A DNA stretch of 26,676 bases from an uncultured Gammaproteobacteria bacterium (GTDB lineage: Bacteria > Patescibacteriota > Microgenomatia > JAMCZE01): positions 11,758 to 38,433 of the forward strand of contig CAYJLJ010000002.1 of assembly GCA_964371135.1 (NCBI GenBank). Direction: 5' to 3'. A program made the translations under genes and the position numbers. Every line of letters begins with the position of its first letter. Positions within the stretch are counted from its first letter, which is position 1. The notes beneath the pieces were generated by a model. It searched no databases, was not told the DNA's origin, and was given only the letters and a program-made list of their open reading frames with translations. Shown one piece after another: positions 23,719 through 26,676 of the stretch.

Positions 23719-24287
23719 TTTCAAGGATCCTTGGTCCCCTGCCCCTGCTTTGCCTTCTCTGGTTGGCGACTGCCTTTAAATCCGGCATCGGATTTTGGAA
23801 AGCTTTGTGGGTTTACCCCTTAATCTTTCTGGTGGGTATAGCTATCCCCACGGCAATATCCCTATTAATTATGCGTGCTAAGAAAATTGATTTTGAGTGG
23901 ACAAACTTAAAAGACCGGTATCTTTTAATCCCTATTTATATTCCGTTCTGGATAGTTGATCTCTTCCTGGTTTGGAAATTAACTAATCAGACAGTATTCC
24001 ACCTTTCCTTACTCATGACCGCGGGAATTATTTCCGGAATAATTTCCTATACGGTCTTTCGGTTTAAAATCAGCGCCCATATGATGATTGCCTCCGGAGT
24101 TTTTTGGGGTGTCAATTTTATGACACATAATAATTACCTGTGGCTTTTTGTCTTTCTGTTACCATTATACTGGGCAAGACTAGTACTCAAACAACATACA
24201 AAAGCGGAATTGATTGCGGGATTAATTGTTTCCAATGGCATAATGGCCATAGCAATTTTCCTTTTTGGCTGGCCGAAAGTGCCGTAA
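23694..24287 (+). CDS. PAP2-superfamily-like membrane protein
   Basis: Polytopic. KISAH and WARLVLKQHT..ELIAG resemble the C2 (SxH) and C3 (SRxxxxxH) motifs. Confidence 0.7.
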   Translation: MRKSLAFLISRILGPLPLLCLLWLATAFKSGIGFWKALWVYPLIFLVGIAIPTAISLLIMRAKKIDFEWTNLKDRYLLIPIYIPFWIVDLFLVWKLTNQTVFHLSLLMTAGIISGIISYTVFRFKISAHMMIASGVFWGVNFMTHNNYLWLFVFLLPLYWARLVLKQHTKAELIAGLIVSNGIMAIAIFLFGWPKVP

Positions 24288-24304
24288 TTTTATATAATCC
24301 GCTC

Positions 24305-24886
24305 ATGTATCCGATCATCCAGGCACCAGATATGATTTTGCGCAACGCGGCCCAGGCAGTTGACTTGCCCGCGGACAAACTTCAAAAAATTATTGAGGAA
24401 ATGCGCCGCACCCTGATTATCCAGAAAGATCCCGAGGGCGTAGGCCTGGCCGCCAATCAGGTAGGGCTTCCTTACCGGTTGTTTTTAGCCCGCTTTGACA
24501 CCAGAAAAAACTCCCCAGTTCATGTTTTCATTAATCCGGAAATTTTGGAGCATAGCGAAGAACTTGTTCATGATGACCATAAAGGCCCGTTGGAAGGCTG
24601 TTTATCTTTGCCAAAATATTATGGCGTAGTTAAACGCTACCAATGGGTAGATCTTAAATATTTTGAACTCACTAGTCACCAGAACCTAGAACCTAGAACC
24701 TCTCGTTTTGAGGATTTTCCGGCTACTGTCATCCAGCACGAAATGGACCATTTAAACGGCAAGATCTTTGTGGAAAGGATCCTGGAACAACAGGGAAAAC
24801 TGTATAAAGTGCTATCGAAAAAAGGAAAGTCGGCCAAAGGCCGATCCGCCTCTGGCGGAGAAGACTGGGAGGAAATAGAATTATGA
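24305..24886 (+). CDS. def: Peptide deformylase
   Basis: GVGLAANQVG, EGCLS, QHEMDHL.G. TATAAT (24293-24298) lies 6 nt before ATG 24305. Confidence 0.96.
   Translation: MYPIIQAPDMILRNAAQAVDLPADKLQKIIEEMRRTLIIQKDPEGVGLAANQVGLPYRLFLARFDTRKNSPVHVFINPEILEHSEELVHDDHKGPLEGCLSLPKYYGVVKRYQWVDLKYFELTSHQNLEPRTSRFEDFPATVIQHEMDHLNGKIFVERILEQQGKLYKVLSKKGKSAKGRSASGGEDWEEIEL
24681..24701 (+). repeat. Perfect (AGAACCT)x3 in def
   Basis: 21 nt, in frame, read within QNLEPRT. Confidence 0.85.
24830..24859. repeat. Double mini-hairpin (family B) in the def 3' region
   Basis: TCGGCC-AAA-GGCCGA followed directly by TCCGCC-TCT-GGCGGA, read as SAKGRSASGG. Confidence 0.8.
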
Positions 24887-25695
24887 AAGTAGTATTTTTT
24901 GGCACATCGGATTATTGTTTACCCGTTTTAGATTCTCTAAAGACAAACTTTGACTTAGTAGAAGTAATTACCCGGGAAAATAAACCAGTTGGGAGAAAAC
25001 AGGTTTTGACTCCGTCAGCAACCAAAGTTTGGGCGCAAAAGAATAATATTTCAATAAGCACCTTAAAAAACTTAGGCGGCTTGAGTCACTTAAGTTGGGA
25101 TCTTGGTATTGTGGCCGATTTTGGAGAAATGATCCCGGAAGAATTTTTTTCTCTCCCCCGCCTCGGAACATTTAATATCCACTTTTCAAAACTCCCTGAT
25201 CTGCGCGGGGCGTCTCCGGTTCAAACCGCTCTGCTGCGCGGTGATACAACCGCCTGGATAACCATTTTTAAAATTGAAAAAACTTTGGATACCGGGCCAA
25301 TTTTGTGGCAGAAAGAGTATCCCATTTTACCGGATGATACTGCGGGAACTCTCTACGCCCGGTTGTTTGAAGAGGCAGCCAAATGCTTACCAGACTGTAT
25401 TAAGAATTATGCATTAAGTATTATGCAAAACAAAAACATATTGGTCGCTCAGGATCACTCAAAAGCCACATACTGTCAGAAACTAACAAAGCAGGATGGC
25501 TTTGTTAAATGGACTAGCTTACTAGAACCTAGAACCTATGACCTCTTCAGAGCTATGACTCCCTGGCCCGGAATTTGGACCATTAAAAATGGCAAGCGGA
25601 TGAAGATTCTGAAGTGTCATCTGGAAAATAATAAGTTGGTGCTTGATGAAATCCAGTTTGAGGGGAAGAAACCGCAGAAATATGTTCAGAGATGA
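24883..25695 (+). CDS. fmt: Methionyl-tRNA formyltransferase (compact)
   Basis: MKVVFFGTSDY, KPVGRKQVLTPS, NIHFSKLP.LRGASPVQ, LDTGPI, PWPG.W. ATGA overlap with def. Confidence 0.93.
   Translation: MKVVFFGTSDYCLPVLDSLKTNFDLVEVITRENKPVGRKQVLTPSATKVWAQKNNISISTLKNLGGLSHLSWDLGIVADFGEMIPEEFFSLPRLGTFNIHFSKLPDLRGASPVQTALLRGDTTAWITIFKIEKTLDTGPILWQKEYPILPDDTAGTLYARLFEEAAKCLPDCIKNYALSIMQNKNILVAQDHSKATYCQKLTKQDGFVKWTSLLEPRTYDLFRAMTPWPGIWTIKNGKRMKILKCHLENNKLVLDEIQFEGKKPQKYVQR
25069..25095 (+). repeat. 9-nt degenerate array in fmt
   Basis: AACTTAGGC-GGCTTGAGT-CACTTAAGT (NLG GLS HLS). Confidence 0.55.
25404..25424 (+). repeat. 7-nt degenerate array in fmt
   Basis: GAATTAT-GCATTAA-GTATTAT. Confidence 0.5.
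25517..25544 (+). repeat. AGAACCT-type 7-nt array in fmt
   Basis: GCTTACT-AGAACCT-AGAACCT-ATGACCT. Same heptamer as in def; both encode LEPRT. Confidence 0.75.
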
Positions 25696-25795
25696 CTCGA
25701 TCTAATACAACTCTTTCTCCATCAAAAACAGAAGCGAATTCCTCTGGAGTCACAACTGAATCCTCCTTGGCTTTGTTTCTCCTGTCCCCCCAAAA

Positions 25796-26676
25796 TCACT
25801 TTTTTATGAACGGAAGATAGATATTATGTGTTTGCGGTGCCGGAGAGATTTCTCTTTTTTCCGCATATATCCCTGAGTCACTGAACGCTTTATTACTCCA
25901 ACCCGAGTAAACGGTCCAAATAGAACCATTACTTGAGGAAGCTCTGGGGAAAAGTTCACTCCTGTCAGGTTTGGTTGAAAAATGCTGGTCCCAAACACTT
26001 AAATCTCCCGGCTTCATGTTTGCCTGCCAGACATCCCGATCTTCGCCCGGTTTGTTCGGAACGGTTTTGCTTACCGAACTTGATAAATGGAGCATTCCGC
26101 CAGGTAAGACACAAATATCCGGAGCATCAAAGGCCAAACGCTCGTTTGTTGAAGTCGGAGGCGTAATGCTGGCCATCCTAATTTCTCCTGAAGCTCTATT
26201 GATAACATAATACGTATAAGATGGGGCGCCATAGTTAACGGCGGTGACGATATCAAAGTGAGAAGTAGAAACAGCAGACTGTGCTGTATTGAAAGGCTTT
26301 CTGACCAGAAGCTGTGGCTCTCCGATCGTTCCGTCCTTGGCTATTTTTGAATAATAAAGTCCGGATGAAGGTCTTTCTCCCCAGGACGGCCAACCTATCA
26401 TCGTAACTACACCTTCGCCGTTTTCATTCATAGCTACTTTGGGAAATGCAAGTGAAGCGCTACTTTTTAAACTGACAGAGGTTGATGTGGTCTTTTTATC
26501 CGGGTCGAAAATAAAGGATTCCATTCTATGATCATATGGCCCAACAATATTTGTACAAATAATTAGAATTTTACCATCTGATAAACTTATGGCATTAGGA
26601 TAGTATCTGGCTTCCGGTCTCAGATCAAAAGACTCTTCCTGTTTTCCGTCTGGACTAATCCACTGAGCTAAGAATC
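25796..26676 (-). CDS. Probable exported beta-rich (propeller-like) protein, 5'-truncated by the window edge
   Basis: Manual translation finds no stop from 26524 to the window end (...FLAQWISPDGKQEESFDLRPEARYYPNAISLSDGKILIICTNIVGPYDHRMES...). Ends in NIYLPFIKK. Confidence 0.75.
   Translation of the reverse strand, partial: FLAQWISPDGKQEESFDLRPEARYYPNAISLSDGKILIICTNIVGPYDHRMESFIFDPDKKTTSTSVSLKSSASLAFPKVAMNENGEGVVTMIGWPSWGERPSSGLYYSKIAKDGTIGEPQLLVRKPFNTAQSAVSTSHFDIVTAVNYGAPSYTYYVINRASGEIRMASITPPTSTNERLAFDAPDICVLPGGMLHLSSSVSKTVPNKPGEDRDVWQANMKPGDLSVWDQHFSTKPDRSELFPRASSSNGSIWTVYSGWSNKAFSDSGIYAEKREISPAPQTHNIYLPFIKK

Noticed and set aside
25696-25795. Protein-like open frame on the minus strand (EDSVVTPEEFASVFDGERVVLDRV)
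   Set aside because: No ATG or promoter signal, it runs antisense into fmt, and no homology is recognised. It may be a remnant but is unsupported.

Overview
A gene-dense bacterial chromosome segment using the standard code (TGA acts as a stop). Gene content and the style of the hypothetical proteins suggest a Patescibacteria/CPR (Microgenomates-like) genome; this is inference. The left ~8 kb is accessory or stress-related: a Fic protein (5'-truncated), a divergent alpha/beta hydrolase, a GT4 plus glycogen-debranching-like hydrolase pair, an atypical GreA-family factor, a VapBC toxin-antitoxin pair with a clear promoter/operator, msrB, an FKBP, a decayed GH5 cellulase and two paralogous small proteins, one truncated. 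The rest is mostly housekeeping: polysaccharide deacetylase, cysS, S66 peptidase, topA, dprA, mrdA-mreD-mreC and mreB (split by an opposite-strand two-gene island), an O-antigen-ligase-like gene plus TPR gene, a UbiA prenyltransferase, a PAP2-like protein, def and fmt. No rRNA, tRNA, CRISPR array or transposase was recognised. Three non-coding signals stand out. (i) Degenerate 7-, 8- and 9-nt tandem arrays and GC-rich mini-hairpins sit in frame inside essential genes, with related 9-nt arrays inside a four-helix-bundle gene. (ii) A 75-bp ungapped imperfect palindrome fills the mrdA-dprA gap. (iii) About 14 genes have a -10 hexamer 6-8 nt before the start codon, which points to leaderless transcription. 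All calls are from manual reading; no database search was run.
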